From Candidatus Riflebacteria bacterium HGW-Riflebacteria-1 (GTDB taxonomy: Bacteria; Muiribacteriota; Ozemobacteria; Ozemobacterales; Ozemobacteraceae): a stretch of 64,000 nucleotides of DNA. The position numbers and the translations under genes are program-made. Positions within the stretch are counted from its first letter, which is position 1. Each line of letters begins with the position of its first letter. The DNA lies in the NCBI GenBank assembly GCA_002839445.1, contig PGYB01000006.1, forward strand, positions 64,001-128,000, read 5' to 3'. A model generated the notes under the pieces. The model was not told the DNA's origin. It saw only the letters and a program-made list of their open reading frames with translations, and did not search any database. Of this stretch, positions 36,783-47,525 are shown piece by piece.

Positions 36783-37367
36783 TCAGAAAACGCGATAACC
36801 CTTTTCAGAAGCTATTTCCAGCATTTCCTGGTCGCCGCGTGAATCGCCATAGGCGTAGATCTGTTCGTATTTGTCGAGTTCAACGACTTCTTTTATGCGT
36901 CTGACTTTTTCGGGCCCCCAGCAGTTCGCTGTGGCAAAACGACCAGTCAGCCGTGCGTCTTTTTCTTCGAGCCTGGTAGCGATCAGTTCGATCCCGTGCT
37001 GCGCGCACCAGAACTTGAGGTAATCTTCAAACGAAGCAGAAACAAGTATGACGCGATGCTGTTGCTGCAGATGCCACCTGATCTTTTCGAGAGCCGCCGG
37101 GCGCACGATGCCGTTTAGTTTTTTCGCGACGAAATCTTGCGCGGAACGGTCAAATTCGCTTCGGCTCATGCCGCTGAAAAACGCCTGGGTAATTTTCTGT
37201 TTGGCAGTCTGGTTACTGATAAGGCGCAGCAGGTAGGCCAGCAACCATGGTGAAGCTGCAACCATGCGCACCAGAAACCGTTTCATACCTGCCACGAAGA
37301 TCAGAAAATCTCTGAAACTATCATGTGTTGTCACTGTACCGTCAAAATCGAACAGGGCCAGTTTCAT
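36783..37367 (-). CDS. HAD-superfamily (subfamily IB-like) hydrolase
   Basis: MKLALFDFDGTVT is HAD motif I. The start overlaps the stop of the upstream gene (ATGA). Confidence 0.7.
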   Translation of the reverse strand: MKLALFDFDGTVTTHDSFRDFLIFVAGMKRFLVRMVAASPWLLAYLLRLISNQTAKQKITQAFFSGMSRSEFDRSAQDFVAKKLNGIVRPAALEKIRWHLQQQHRVILVSASFEDYLKFWCAQHGIELIATRLEEKDARLTGRFATANCWGPEKVRRIKEVVELDKYEQIYAYGDSRGDQEMLEIASEKGYRVF

Positions 37368-39454
37368 CTGGCTGTCTCCAGACCGGTCTGCCACCTTATA
37401 AACATCCATTGATCGGTTTGCTCTTCAACAGTAATGTTGAGCGGCTTGCCCATGCCGTGGCCGCTTTCGCGGTCGACCCATAGCAAAATCGGCTTTTCAT
37501 GAGTGTTTGCAGCATTAGCCTGCATTGCCGCTGTCATTTTGCGTGCATGCATCGGGTGCACCCTGGTGTCGTTTTCACCAGTATAAAGGAAAACGGCCGG
37601 GTATTCGCGATTGCGACAGATGTTGTGATATGGGGAATAATCGACGAGCCAGTCAAAATCTTTTTCATTCTCGGCACAACCATACTCAGGCACCCAGTAA
37701 CGCGCCATAAGAAAAAGGTGGTATCTGACCATGTCGAGCAGAGGTACTCCGCAGAGAACGGCCTTAAAAAGATGCGGTCGGCGTATGAGACATGCTCCGG
37801 TCAGCAACCCGCCGTTCGAACGTCCGCTGATTGCCAGCTTTTCGCTGCACGTGTATTTTTGCGCAATCAGCCATTCGGCGGCTGCTTCAAAATCTTCAAA
37901 AACCAGCTTCTTTTGGGAAAGCATGCCAGCCTGATGCCATTTATCGCCGTATTCGCCGCCCCCGCGCAGATTGGCTACCGCATAGATGCCTCCATCCTGT
38001 ATCCAGGGTATAATCAGTCCTGAAAAAGCTGGAGTCATACTTATTCCAAAGCCGCCATAGCCATAGAGCAATGTTGGATTCTGACCATTTTTTTTAACGC
38101 CATCACGGTATACCAGAAACATGCTGACCCGGGTGCCGTCTTTTGACTCGTAAAAATGCTGCTCTACCCGCATGTCGCTCAAGTCGACCGCGAGTTCGCA
38201 TTTCCACCAGGCCTTGCGGCTATTGCTGGCGCAGTCGTAATAGATGATACTCGGGCAAAAATTAAAAGACTCGTAGCGTATAAAAAAGTCTTCTTTACTT
38301 TCGCTGCAGGAAATGCTGGCTGAGCCGATACCAGGCAGGCTGATTTCTGACTGCTGAGCTGTCGCCAGATCGAATTTAACCAGTTCGCTGGCAGCGAACT
38401 TCTGGTAACTGACAATCAGTGAGCTCCTGGTAAAATCCCAGCCCTCGATGGTTGCATCAGTGCGTTCAGGTATCAGAATTTTCCAGTTTTTGCGAGATGG
38501 TTCGGCGGGGTCAACCTGGTAAATCTGGCCGTTCGGGGTATCTTCGTTGCTGTGAATATAGAGGCTGCCACCGATAACCCTGGCGTGCGTCATACTGTCG
38601 CAGTCGACAATGATCTCGCGCTTTTCGAACTCGCCGCTGTCGTTCCAGTTGTGAAAGTCGATGAGCCACAGATCATTTGAGCGCGTACTGGTGTAATAAG
38701 AGAGCAAGAGCCATCTGCCGTCTTCGGAGAGCGACGCGAACGGGCCCCAGGTAGTTGCCAGCGGGCCCTCCTTATACTGAGCGTAGATCAGGCGGTCATC
38801 ATCAGTTTTGTCGCCGAGATAATGCAGTCTTATTTCGCGGGAATACGGGTTTTTGATATCAGCGAGGCGCGAATAGATAAAGCCAGAGTTGTCTGCGAGC
38901 CAGAACACATTGATAACCTTGTTGCAGATTTCGTCGCCGAGATGAGTTCCGTCTTTGACGCGCATTATTTTGAGTCGATAATTCTCATCACCGCTTCTTG
39001 CCATACCATAGGCCAGCAATTCGCCGTCATGCGATGGCGAGAACCATGCAACGTTGGTCAGACCGGTCTTGTCGATAAGTTCAGGGTCTATCAGCAGTTG
39101 TTCTTTGCCCCAGACACTGTCTACCATGAAAAGACATGGCTGGTTTTTGTGGCCTTCACGACGAAAATAAAAAATTCTGCTACCGGCAAAAACCGGCAGA
39201 CTGTTGTCGCTGCGCTCAAGAAGAGGCGTAATGCGCTGTTTGAGAGGCTGTCGTCCGGGCAGATTATCCAGTATTGATCTGGTAAAAGCGTTCTGTTGGT
39301 TGGTCCATTCAGCTACTTCAGGCGTAATTTTGCCATCTGCGTCGCCCTCGAGCCAGCGAAAATCATCTTTGCACTGAACGCCGTGTATTTCTTCTTTTAC
39401 TGCTACAATCTTGCTCTTCGGGTAATCTGGTTTCTTCTTTGCCATGTCGAACAC
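37364..39454 (-). CDS. Prolyl oligopeptidase family (S9A) peptidase
   Basis: N-terminal beta-propeller region. C-terminal GRSNGGLL nucleophile elbow and HG...GHG catalytic region. Confidence 0.85.
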   Translation of the reverse strand: MFDMAKKKPDYPKSKIVAVKEEIHGVQCKDDFRWLEGDADGKITPEVAEWTNQQNAFTRSILDNLPGRQPLKQRITPLLERSDNSLPVFAGSRIFYFRREGHKNQPCLFMVDSVWGKEQLLIDPELIDKTGLTNVAWFSPSHDGELLAYGMARSGDENYRLKIMRVKDGTHLGDEICNKVINVFWLADNSGFIYSRLADIKNPYSREIRLHYLGDKTDDDRLIYAQYKEGPLATTWGPFASLSEDGRWLLLSYYTSTRSNDLWLIDFHNWNDSGEFEKREIIVDCDSMTHARVIGGSLYIHSNEDTPNGQIYQVDPAEPSRKNWKILIPERTDATIEGWDFTRSSLIVSYQKFAASELVKFDLATAQQSEISLPGIGSASISCSESKEDFFIRYESFNFCPSIIYYDCASNSRKAWWKCELAVDLSDMRVEQHFYESKDGTRVSMFLVYRDGVKKNGQNPTLLYGYGGFGISMTPAFSGLIIPWIQDGGIYAVANLRGGGEYGDKWHQAGMLSQKKLVFEDFEAAAEWLIAQKYTCSEKLAISGRSNGGLLTGACLIRRPHLFKAVLCGVPLLDMVRYHLFLMARYWVPEYGCAENEKDFDWLVDYSPYHNICRNREYPAVFLYTGENDTRVHPMHARKMTAAMQANAANTHEKPILLWVDRESGHGMGKPLNITVEEQTDQWMFIRWQTGLETAR

Positions 39455-39619
39455 CTTGCTTCTCGTGATTACTGGTCGACTTTACTTCTAACAGTGCGGT
39501 TCGACCCGGGACATCAGGCACCAACAAATTTTCCAATACGCTTGTAAGCCGAGACATATGTTAATAGCTGGCTGAAAAACTGTAAAGTAAAATCGCGCGA
39601 TGCTGTTCGGGCGCAAACA

Positions 39620-40609
39620 TTGCTGGCGAAAAAGTGTCAGATCGATTATATTCAGGGTATGGCTATAGCTGTAAAAGGAATTCAGTATTCTTATCAGATA
39701 GACTTTTTCAATCAGGTCCCGACTCATGTTAAGAGTCAGGTACACGACCTGCCAGTTCTTTCTGTACTGCAGCCTACCCCTCTTGATCGCACTCAGGCCG
39801 GAGACACCTACCTGCCAATGTCTGATCAGGCATTCTCTTTTGCAGGCCCGCGCGCGACGGCACCCAGCCCGATAACAAGTCCGCTTGACCCGTTGCCATC
39901 AATAGCGCCGACATCTCTGCTCACTGCTCTCGCCGACCCGAACGGGTCGCCGGTCGGCGAACCAGCTGGCCGTGTTGCCAGCACACCACAGTTTGCTTCG
40001 GCAATCGCTGAACCGGCTCAGATTGCTCGCAGCATGCCAGCCGTCAATGCCAACCTGCGGCCAGCCTCGCCGCTGGCCGCCGAAACCGAAACCAGCAGCC
40101 CGCTCATGCCTGCCGAATTGCCGAACCCGTTACCTGAAACCTTGCCAACCGCAGAAGCAAGGCCAGACGAACAGGTTAAAGCGGTGCCGCGCTATGAATA
40201 CAACCTTGCTCTGCGCGCTTATAAGCCAGATGCCGGGTCATTTTTGCAGCCTGGTGGCTACGAAAAATCAGATTTTGCCCGTGCCGACTTTTTTGCTGAA
40301 CCGTCGCGCACAGTAACTGAACCGCCAGCATTGCCCCAGGCATCATCACAGGTTGCAGTAAATCCGCTCAGCGAGAGCGAATCGAAGGTGCAACCTGCTG
40401 TTGCCGCTCGCGAGCCGACAGAAACTGCCGGCGAAGCTCTCTTGCGCAACGAACGCGAGCAGCCACTCACCGCAAAAACTGAACAGCCCGAGCAAACACA
40501 ACGCCTGACCGGCGAAAATTTTCTTGCCCGCCAGGCTTTCAGAATCTACGACATGCTTACCGCACCGGCAATGTTCAACACCGGCAACCTCGTCGATCTG
40601 AGATCGTAA
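39620..40609 (+). CDS. Pro/Ala/Ser-rich low-complexity hypothetical protein
   Basis: Long ORF with a P/A/S/E-rich repetitive composition. Start is uncertain. Confidence 0.4.
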   Translation: MLAKKCQIDYIQGMAIAVKGIQYSYQIDFFNQVPTHVKSQVHDLPVLSVLQPTPLDRTQAGDTYLPMSDQAFSFAGPRATAPSPITSPLDPLPSIAPTSLLTALADPNGSPVGEPAGRVASTPQFASAIAEPAQIARSMPAVNANLRPASPLAAETETSSPLMPAELPNPLPETLPTAEARPDEQVKAVPRYEYNLALRAYKPDAGSFLQPGGYEKSDFARADFFAEPSRTVTEPPALPQASSQVAVNPLSESESKVQPAVAAREPTETAGEALLRNEREQPLTAKTEQPEQTQRLTGENFLARQAFRIYDMLTAPAMFNTGNLVDLRS

Positions 40610-40647
40610 CGAGATTCTGGCCGCGCCGCGCACCAGTTGCTCTAAGC

Positions 40648-40836
40648 CTACATTCCACCAGTAGAAGCGAATTCTACCTTGTCAGATAACGCTAGCATAA
40701 GCAGAAGCGCTGCCACAAACAGGCCGACCATTACCATCATGACCTTGCGATGGGCCGCCTGCAAATCCATTTTTTCAGGTGGGCCGATTTCAACGTTTTC
40801 AGTTTTTGTAGAATCTTTTTCTTTTACTTTTTTCAT
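40648..40836 (-). CDS. Small membrane protein, hypothetical
   Basis: AGGAGA RBS. The C-terminus has a TM helix MVMVGLFVAALLLMLAL. Confidence 0.4.
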   Translation of the reverse strand: MKKVKEKDSTKTENVEIGPPEKMDLQAAHRKVMMVMVGLFVAALLLMLALSDKVEFASTGGM

Positions 40837-40976
40837 AGTATCTCCTGTTATGGCAACATCTAAGGGCTATCGCGGTGCACAATTATAAGCCTTGCGTCAA
40901 TCTCTTGTAAACAATATACTACATCGACTTAAAATTATGAACAAATCTGCGATAGTGCGGCGCAAGGAGATATAAA

Positions 40977-43442
40977 ATGAAGGTGTTGAAATTCGGCGGA
41001 ACCTCTTTGGCAAACTGGCAACGCTTTTCGCAGGCCGCCGATATTATTCTTGCCGCGGCAAACCATGAGAAAGCAGCAGTTGTTCTATCTGCGCCGGCAA
41101 CAGTTACCAACAGTCTCCTCGAAATGATGGAAAAGGCCTGTCGTAACGAAGATTACCAGTCTGTTCTTGTGCGCGTCGAAAAACTGCTGCGTGACCTTTT
41201 CGCTGCGGCAGACAGCACACTGACCACCGACCAGATTCAACTGCTCAGCGCGATATTGAATACGCAGCTCATCTTCTGGCAACACAAGGCCGAGGGTGTC
41301 GCGTTGCTTGGCGAGTGCCCCGACACAATAACAGCCGCCGTTGCGGTGGGCGGCGAGTATATGTCGGCCGCACTCATGGAACAGCTGATGATCGCGCGTG
41401 GCAGAACCTGTGCCCAGCTCGACCCGGCACGACTTCTCCCGGCATATGGCCCGACACTTGACGCGATGGTCGATGTCGAACAGGGCCGCAAACTGTTCGC
41501 TAATGTTGCTATTAATGAACGTGACATCTGGATCATGCCGGGTTTCGCGGCGAGCGACCGTAATGGTCGCGTGGTAACACTTGGCCGCAACGGGTCAGAC
41601 TATTCAGCAGCTGTTCTCGCGGCTTGCATCAGCGCCGACAGCTGTGAAATCTGGACAGATGTCGACGGAGCCTTCAGTGCTGACCCGCGCCTGGTTTCTG
41701 ACGCCGCGTTTCTCGCGCAACTCAGCTACCAGGAAGCCATGGAAATGTCATACTTCGGCGCCAAGGTGCTGCATCCCAAAACGATCGCGCCGATCGCGCA
41801 ATATCACATACCATGCTACATCAGAAACAGCCTCAAGCCTGATTTTGCCGGCACGCTTATCTCAAATGCGACTGACCGGACAGGCATGCAGGTTAAAGCG
41901 GTTTCTCACCTTGAAAAGCAGACAATGTTCAATATTTCGGGGCCGGGAATGAAGGGCATGGTTGGTATGGCCAGCCGCGTGTTTGGCGCTATTTCACGTG
42001 CCGGTGTCTCGATATCGCTTATTTCGCAGAGTTCTTCGGAATACAGCATCTGCTTCTGCGTGGCGACAGACTGCGCTGACAGGGCCGAACAAGCTTTGAA
42101 CGCCGAATTTGAGCTGGAACGGCGCAGCGATCTGCTCGAACCCTTCGCGCTGCAACACGGACTGGCAATTGTGTCTTTGATTGGCGATGGCATGCGCACC
42201 CGTCGCGGTCTCGCGGCAAAATTTTTCAAAGCATTGGCTCAGGCCGGCGTTAATATTATAGCAATAGCTCAGGGAGCTTCTGAGCGCTCGATTTCTGTTG
42301 TCATCGACCAGAAAAAGGCAGGTCAGGCGGTTATTGGCTGCCATCAAATCTTTTTCGACGTACAGCAGTATCTCGACCTTTTTCTTGTCGGTTGCGGCAA
42401 CATCGGAAAATCTCTTCTGCGTCAGGTTCTGCAGCAGAAAGAAATGCTTCGCAAAAACAACATAACTATTCGTACCTGCGCCATAGCGAATTCAAAGCGA
42501 ATGATTTTCGATGCCCGTGGCATAGATCTCGAAAACTGGCAACAGCAGCTCGAAGAAAAGGGTGTCGCCTGCGATCTTTCACAAATGTTCAGCTGGGCAA
42601 GCGAACAGCTGCTGTCAAACCCGGTGTTCATGGATTGCACCAGCAGTCAGCGCGTAGCGGATTGCTATATCGAAGCGATGAATGCCGGACTGCATGTGGT
42701 CACGCCCAATAAAAAAGCGAACACCAGAGATTACAACTATTACGCGGCCATGCGTGAAACAGCATTGCGCCAGAAACGGCAGTTTTTATATGAAGCAACA
42801 GTTGGTGCTGGTCTGCCGGTTATCGACAACCTCAAAAAACTGATATACGCTGGCGACGAACTGCTGCGTTTTAAGGGTATCCTGTCAGGCTCGTTGTCAT
42901 TCATATTCGGCAAGCTTGACGAAGGTGTGTCAATGTCTGAAGCTACGAGAATTGCCCGCGAAAAATGTTACACAGAACCTGATCCACGCGATGACCTCAA
43001 CGGTATGGATGTTGCCAGAAAAGTTCTTATTCTGGCCCGCGAAGCAGGCCTTAAGCTTGAACTGTCTGATGTGACGGTAGAAAGCGCGCTGCCGGCTGAA
43101 TTTGACGCCAGCGGAAGCGTTGATGAATTTATGGCTCGTCTGCCCGAGGCTGATGCAGCCATGGAACGGCGTGTGAAAGCCGCGCGGGCCGAGAACAAGG
43201 TGCTGCGTTATATCGGCGAAATAGATGCCGGCGTGTGCTGTGTCAAGGTCTGCGAAGTCGGTGCTGACGACCCGCTGTACAGCGTTAAGGGCGGCGAGAA
43301 TGCGCTGGCATTCTATAGTCGTTATTATCAGCCGATTCCTTTTGTTCTGCGCGGCTATGGCGCTGGCAATCAGGTTACCGCCGCCGGGGTTTTCGCTGAC
43401 CTGATGCGCACCTTGAACTGGACAAGAGAGACCGTAGCATGA
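40977..43442 (+). CDS. thrA: Bifunctional aspartokinase I / homoserine dehydrogenase I
   Basis: [13 protein letters not shown]... aspartokinase N-terminus. Two ACT regions. C-terminal homoserine dehydrogenase ([13 protein letters not shown] site). AAGGAG RBS. Confidence 0.9.
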   Translation: MKVLKFGGTSLANWQRFSQAADIILAAANHEKAAVVLSAPATVTNSLLEMMEKACRNEDYQSVLVRVEKLLRDLFAAADSTLTTDQIQLLSAILNTQLIFWQHKAEGVALLGECPDTITAAVAVGGEYMSAALMEQLMIARGRTCAQLDPARLLPAYGPTLDAMVDVEQGRKLFANVAINERDIWIMPGFAASDRNGRVVTLGRNGSDYSAAVLAACISADSCEIWTDVDGAFSADPRLVSDAAFLAQLSYQEAMEMSYFGAKVLHPKTIAPIAQYHIPCYIRNSLKPDFAGTLISNATDRTGMQVKAVSHLEKQTMFNISGPGMKGMVGMASRVFGAISRAGVSISLISQSSSEYSICFCVATDCADRAEQALNAEFELERRSDLLEPFALQHGLAIVSLIGDGMRTRRGLAAKFFKALAQAGVNIIAIAQGASERSISVVIDQKKAGQAVIGCHQIFFDVQQYLDLFLVGCGNIGKSLLRQVLQQKEMLRKNNITIRTCAIANSKRMIFDARGIDLENWQQQLEEKGVACDLSQMFSWASEQLLSNPVFMDCTSSQRVADCYIEAMNAGLHVVTPNKKANTRDYNYYAAMRETALRQKRQFLYEATVGAGLPVIDNLKKLIYAGDELLRFKGILSGSLSFIFGKLDEGVSMSEATRIAREKCYTEPDPRDDLNGMDVARKVLILAREAGLKLELSDVTVESALPAEFDASGSVDEFMARLPEADAAMERRVKAARAENKVLRYIGEIDAGVCCVKVCEVGADDPLYSVKGGENALAFYSRYYQPIPFVLRGYGAGNQVTAAGVFADLMRTLNWTRETVA

Positions 43443-44407
43443 CCATTACCGTTTACGCGCCGGCAACCATAGCAAATCTCAGCGTCGGTTTCGATCTGCT
43501 CGGCGCGGCAATAGCGCCGATAGACGGCAGCAGTCTCGGTGACCGCCTCAGTGTTTCGCGGACAACTTCAGGGATCAACCTCGCGTGTTCCGGGCCGTGG
43601 AGTGGCAAATTGCCTGTGGACCCGACCGAAAATATTGTTTATCAGTGTGCGCAACATTTTAACGAATGCCTTTCAGAACAGTCTCGCAGCGGTCTGGATA
43701 TCAGTCTTGAAAAAAATCTTCCGGTGGGCAGCGGCCTGGGGTCAAGTGCCAGTTCTGTTGTTGCCGCTTTTTACGCATTGAACGAACTGTTCGCGCACCC
43801 ATTCTCTGCTGACCGTCTTCTGCTGATGATGGGCGAATTCGAAGGTCGCGTCAGCGGCTCAGTTCATTATGACAATGTTGCCCCCTGTTTTCTTGGCGGG
43901 TTGCAGCTTCTGGTGCAAGCGCCTGACTGCTTTTGCGCTAAAATACCGCATTTTAATAAGTGGTACTGGGTTGTTGCCTACCCTGGCATTTCTCTCTCTA
44001 CCGCGAAAATGCGCGCGCTGTTGCCGCAGGAATATAAGCGTTCAGACATGATCAGCTATGGCCGCTTCCTGAGCGGATTTATTCATGCGTCACATGAAAA
44101 CAACCGCCAGCTGGCCGCAGCCATGCTTAAAGATATTGTCGCCGAGCCATATCGTAGCCCGCATATACCGAACTATGAGCGCGCGAAACAGTCTCTGTAT
44201 GAACTTGGCGCCCTTGCCAGCGGTATTTCAGGCAGCGGGCCTTCGATGTTTGCAGTGACCGACGATCTGGTGATCGCGCAAAGAAGTGCGCTCTGGCTTA
44301 AAAATCACTATTTAAGCGAACCCGGCGGATTTGTGCACGTCTGCCAGATCAGCGACTCCGGCGCGCGCGTAATCAAGAATCAGGATATTGCCCATGAAAC
44401 TCTATAA
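43439..44407 (+). CDS. thrB: Homoserine kinase
   Basis: GHMP kinase motif [12 protein letters not shown]. It overlaps the thrA stop (ATGA). Confidence 0.9.
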   Translation: MTITVYAPATIANLSVGFDLLGAAIAPIDGSSLGDRLSVSRTTSGINLACSGPWSGKLPVDPTENIVYQCAQHFNECLSEQSRSGLDISLEKNLPVGSGLGSSASSVVAAFYALNELFAHPFSADRLLLMMGEFEGRVSGSVHYDNVAPCFLGGLQLLVQAPDCFCAKIPHFNKWYWVVAYPGISLSTAKMRALLPQEYKRSDMISYGRFLSGFIHASHENNRQLAAAMLKDIVAEPYRSPHIPNYERAKQSLYELGALASGISGSGPSMFAVTDDLVIAQRSALWLKNHYLSEPGGFVHVCQISDSGARVIKNQDIAHETL

Positions 44408-45671
44408 TCTGCGCCATCCCGACGAACAGGTCAGCTTTGCCGACGCGGTTAAGCTTGGCATGGGTCGTGACCGCGGCCTTTTTTTCCCGACCGTTATACC
44501 GCGTCTGCGAGACGTTCAGAAACTGCTGCAACTGCCTTTTGTCGAGCGCAGTCAGCGGATTATCGAAGCCTGGATCGGCAGCGACCATGGCAGCGAAATT
44601 GTCTGTCGCATGGTCGAAAAGGCCTTTAATTTTCCGCTTGATCTGGTCAAGGTCGACGCGCAACGTCAGGTGCTTGAGCTTTTTCACGGGCCGACCCTTG
44701 CTTTTAAAGATTTTGGCGCGCGCTTTATGGCGCAGTGTCTGAGTGAATTCGCGGCCGGGCAGCAGACAACAATATTGACGGCAACTTCAGGCGATACTGG
44801 CGCAGCGGTTGCCCACGCCTTTTACGGGCTGCCGGGAATCAATGTCGTGGTGCTCTATCCTGAAGGCAAAATCAGTCCGCTGCAGGAAAAGCTTTTCTGT
44901 ACACTCGGCAAAAACATTCGCACGATATCGGTCAGTGCCGACTTTGATGCCTGTCAGGAACTCGTCAAACAAGCTTTTGTCGACGATGATCTGCAACGCG
45001 CCCTTAACCTTAATTCTGCCAATTCGATCAATATAAGTCGGCTGCTGGCGCAGATATGCTATTATTTTGAAGCTGTCGCCACCTGCGAGCCCGACAATCC
45101 GCCAGTGATCGCGGTACCCAGCGGCAACTTTGGCAATCTGACTGCCGGCCTGCTGGCCCGCGCCATGGGTTTGCCGGTTAAGCGCTTTATTGCAGCGACC
45201 AACAGCAATGATACCGTGCCGCGTTATCTGCACGACAGAGTCTGGGCGCCGGTAAAAACCGTGGCGACAGCATCGAATGCCATGGATGTTGCCGAACCCA
45301 GCAACTGGCCAAGAGTTGAAGCCGTCTTCGCCGCGATGAATCAGTCTCTCGAAGAGCTCACCGGGATCGCTATTTCTGAAGAACAGACGCGCGACTCGTT
45401 ACTTGAACTCAACCGCCTCGGATACCTTTCAGAACCACACGCGGCTGTTGCCGCTGCCGCTCTGCGCCAGTCATTGCAACCCGGCGAACAAGGCATATTT
45501 CTCGGCACTGCCCACCCTGCCAAGTTCAAAGAATCGGTTGAGATGATTCTCGATCTGCACGTTGAACTGCCAGCCGCGCTGCAGGCGGTTGCTGACCGCG
45601 AAATATTGTCAACGCGTCTCGCCGCAGATTTCCAGCAGCTGAAAAATTATCTGTTGAATTCGGCTATTTGA
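44394..45671 (+). CDS. thrC: Threonine synthase
   Basis: [24 protein letters not shown]... matches the enterobacterial ThrC N-terminus. PLP lysine motif FKDFG is present. Confidence 0.9.
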   Translation: MKLYNLRHPDEQVSFADAVKLGMGRDRGLFFPTVIPRLRDVQKLLQLPFVERSQRIIEAWIGSDHGSEIVCRMVEKAFNFPLDLVKVDAQRQVLELFHGPTLAFKDFGARFMAQCLSEFAAGQQTTILTATSGDTGAAVAHAFYGLPGINVVVLYPEGKISPLQEKLFCTLGKNIRTISVSADFDACQELVKQAFVDDDLQRALNLNSANSINISRLLAQICYYFEAVATCEPDNPPVIAVPSGNFGNLTAGLLARAMGLPVKRFIAATNSNDTVPRYLHDRVWAPVKTVATASNAMDVAEPSNWPRVEAVFAAMNQSLEELTGIAISEEQTRDSLLELNRLGYLSEPHAAVAAAALRQSLQPGEQGIFLGTAHPAKFKESVEMILDLHVELPAALQAVADREILSTRLAADFQQLKNYLLNSAI

Positions 45672-45678
45672 GATTCTC

Positions 45679-46479
45679 TCAGCGATTGTAGTAATTTATG
45701 TTGGCTTTTTGCCAGCTGGTGCGTTTTTCGAGGTCGCGCAGACTGACCTGACCTTCGACCGGGTTGTTGTCCATGCTGGGGCCCATGAGCATCACGTGGG
45801 CGTTTTTGCCGGCAATTTCGAGAACCATAACCTGCTGCGCGGTCGGTACTTTGACGTCGCCGAGCTTAAGATATTTAGCGGTAATCGCGTATTTTTGCGT
45901 GCGTTTTGGAATAATGGAAACCTGTTCTTTCAGCCTGGCGATTTCTGACGGGCCAAACTGTTTGTCTTCGCGAAACTGCGCGATAACCTGATTATAAAGG
46001 GCCATGACCAGCATACTCGACTTCAGAATTGCTGCCTTAAAACCGCTATCGATGCGCAGATTTTTCATGACCCCGGTCATTCCTTCGAAGAGTTGAAACT
46101 TGGCTGCGTAAATCTGGGCGAGAATACGCAACTCTTCGGGCAGGCGCGGTTCAAGTTGACGGTAAAAGCCGATCGCGTTAGTGAATTTTGTTTTTACTTC
46201 AGGCATCTTGCCGAGCACGTTCAAATATTTGAGATCATGAAAGTAGCCCTCAAATTCGTCGATGAAAGAAAACATCTGCATAACCTGTTCACGATGGTTA
46301 ACTGGTTTTTTCGAGGCAGCTGACAGCGTAACCGCCTTTGGTTGCGGGGTCATGCAGCCGGCGCAGAATGTGGCGTTATCAGGCATTTCGGCACTGCAGC
46401 CGATACATGACTTGGCAGAAAGCTGTGGACAGAGTGCACTCAACATCATAATTGCAATGAGCAGATAGCGGTGTTTCAT
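45679..46479 (-). CDS. Secreted hypothetical protein with an N-terminal zinc-ribbon-like CxxC...CxxC motif
   Basis: GGAGA RBS. Signal peptide MKHRYLLIAIMMLSALCPQLSA. Motif CIGCSAEMPDNATFCAGC. Confidence 0.55.
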   Translation of the reverse strand: MKHRYLLIAIMMLSALCPQLSAKSCIGCSAEMPDNATFCAGCMTPQPKAVTLSAASKKPVNHREQVMQMFSFIDEFEGYFHDLKYLNVLGKMPEVKTKFTNAIGFYRQLEPRLPEELRILAQIYAAKFQLFEGMTGVMKNLRIDSGFKAAILKSSMLVMALYNQVIAQFREDKQFGPSEIARLKEQVSIIPKRTQKYAITAKYLKLGDVKVPTAQQVMVLEIAGKNAHVMLMGPSMDNNPVEGQVSLRDLEKRTSWQKANINYYNR

Positions 46480-46612
46480 ATTTTCTCCAGCAAGTGTATT
46501 CGCTACATGATGCCTTTTTTTTTGCAGCAAGGCAATACCGCTCTATCGTTTTATGTTTGAGCTTTAGACTTTGCTCTTGCCAAAATCATGAAGTTGCATA
46601 GTTTATGAGCTT

Positions 46613-47203
46613 ATGGTTGAAAGAAAAAAATCGGCGCGCAAGATGGCGACTGCATTCTTTTGCAGCGCTGCTCTGGCAATGCTTACTGTTTTTTGCCTCG
46701 AACCGGCACAGGCCGGCGGCGAACAGTCTTTCCCACCATTTTATGTGAGAAAGGTCGCACCTGGTGATCAGTTCACCCCTTTTTCACTCGTCGATCTCAA
46801 CGGAAAAACCTGGTCAAACCGCGACTACCTTACGCGGCCGCTGTTGTTGATCACCGGCAAGTGGGAGTTGCGGCATGATCTGCGCAAATGGGCAGAGCAC
46901 CTTAACCTTAATTACATTCAACAGGCTGATATATTATGGGTCTTCAACCCGTCAAATAATTCCTGGTTTACTGATCGACTAAAAAGATCCCAGGAAGCCT
47001 TTACAATCTTTAATCCCAAGGTTCCAACTGTTATTGATTCGCACTCGATGATCGGGCGCAGTCTCAAAATCGAGTATGATATTCCGACTATCATTGGTAT
47101 CGACCGGCAAAACCGTTTTCAGTTCACCCTCGAAAGCCCATTTAATAAGCCTGGCAGCGATAAGCTGGCCGCGCTGGTTCGAACAAAGCTTTTGCACAAC
47201 TGA
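46613..47203 (+). CDS. Secreted hypothetical protein
   Basis: Signal peptide ...MATAFFCSAALAMLTVFCLEPAQA. Start is either 46613 or 46643. Confidence 0.5.
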   Translation: MVERKKSARKMATAFFCSAALAMLTVFCLEPAQAGGEQSFPPFYVRKVAPGDQFTPFSLVDLNGKTWSNRDYLTRPLLLITGKWELRHDLRKWAEHLNLNYIQQADILWVFNPSNNSWFTDRLKRSQEAFTIFNPKVPTVIDSHSMIGRSLKIEYDIPTIIGIDRQNRFQFTLESPFNKPGSDKLAALVRTKLLHN

Positions 47204-47283
47204 TCCACGCATTTACACGCAGACTTGCGCTAATTGCGCAGACGGTTTTGGGCAGCTGCAAAAAATACAATGAAAACTGCGGG

Positions 47284-47311
47284 ACTTACAATATTCTGCA
47301 AATTTGTAAGT
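47284..47311. promoter_or_regulatory. Perfect 8-bp inverted repeat (acttacaa-N12-ttgtaagt) about 215 nt upstream of the pfaD-like gene
   Basis: Seen directly in the sequence, in an AT-rich leader. Confidence 0.3.
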
Positions 47312-47525
47312 TGCCAACGTTTAAATAATCTGCGGTAATCCTTAAATCTGTGGATACTCTTCAGAAGAGCTCGTATGATTATTATGATCAGCTTGTCCGA
47401 GAACATAGTTCAAACCAGACATCTCGCAAAGTCCTTATGAATAGGCAAATGGATTGTTGTCTATAGACTTTTAGAGCAATTCAGGTTATTATCTTGCCAA
47501 AATTACAGCATGGGGATAACCAATA

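Noticed and set aside
39470-39560. GGTTCGACCC T-loop-like sequence as a possible tRNA
   Set aside because: No acceptor stem or anticodon arm can be built around it. It lies in the divergent promoter region between the prolyl oligopeptidase gene and gene 39620.
40937-40975. Mini-ORF upstream of thrA as a possible thrL leader peptide
   Set aside because: It contains no Thr or Ile codons. Its 3' end simply overlaps the thrA Shine-Dalgarno, and no attenuator hairpins are present.
41085-42712. Multiple ORFs inside thrA (41085..41285, 41237..41590, 41581..41952, 41906..42347, 42392..42712)
   Set aside because: Nested in the unambiguous thrA gene. Typical high-GC alternative-frame artefacts.
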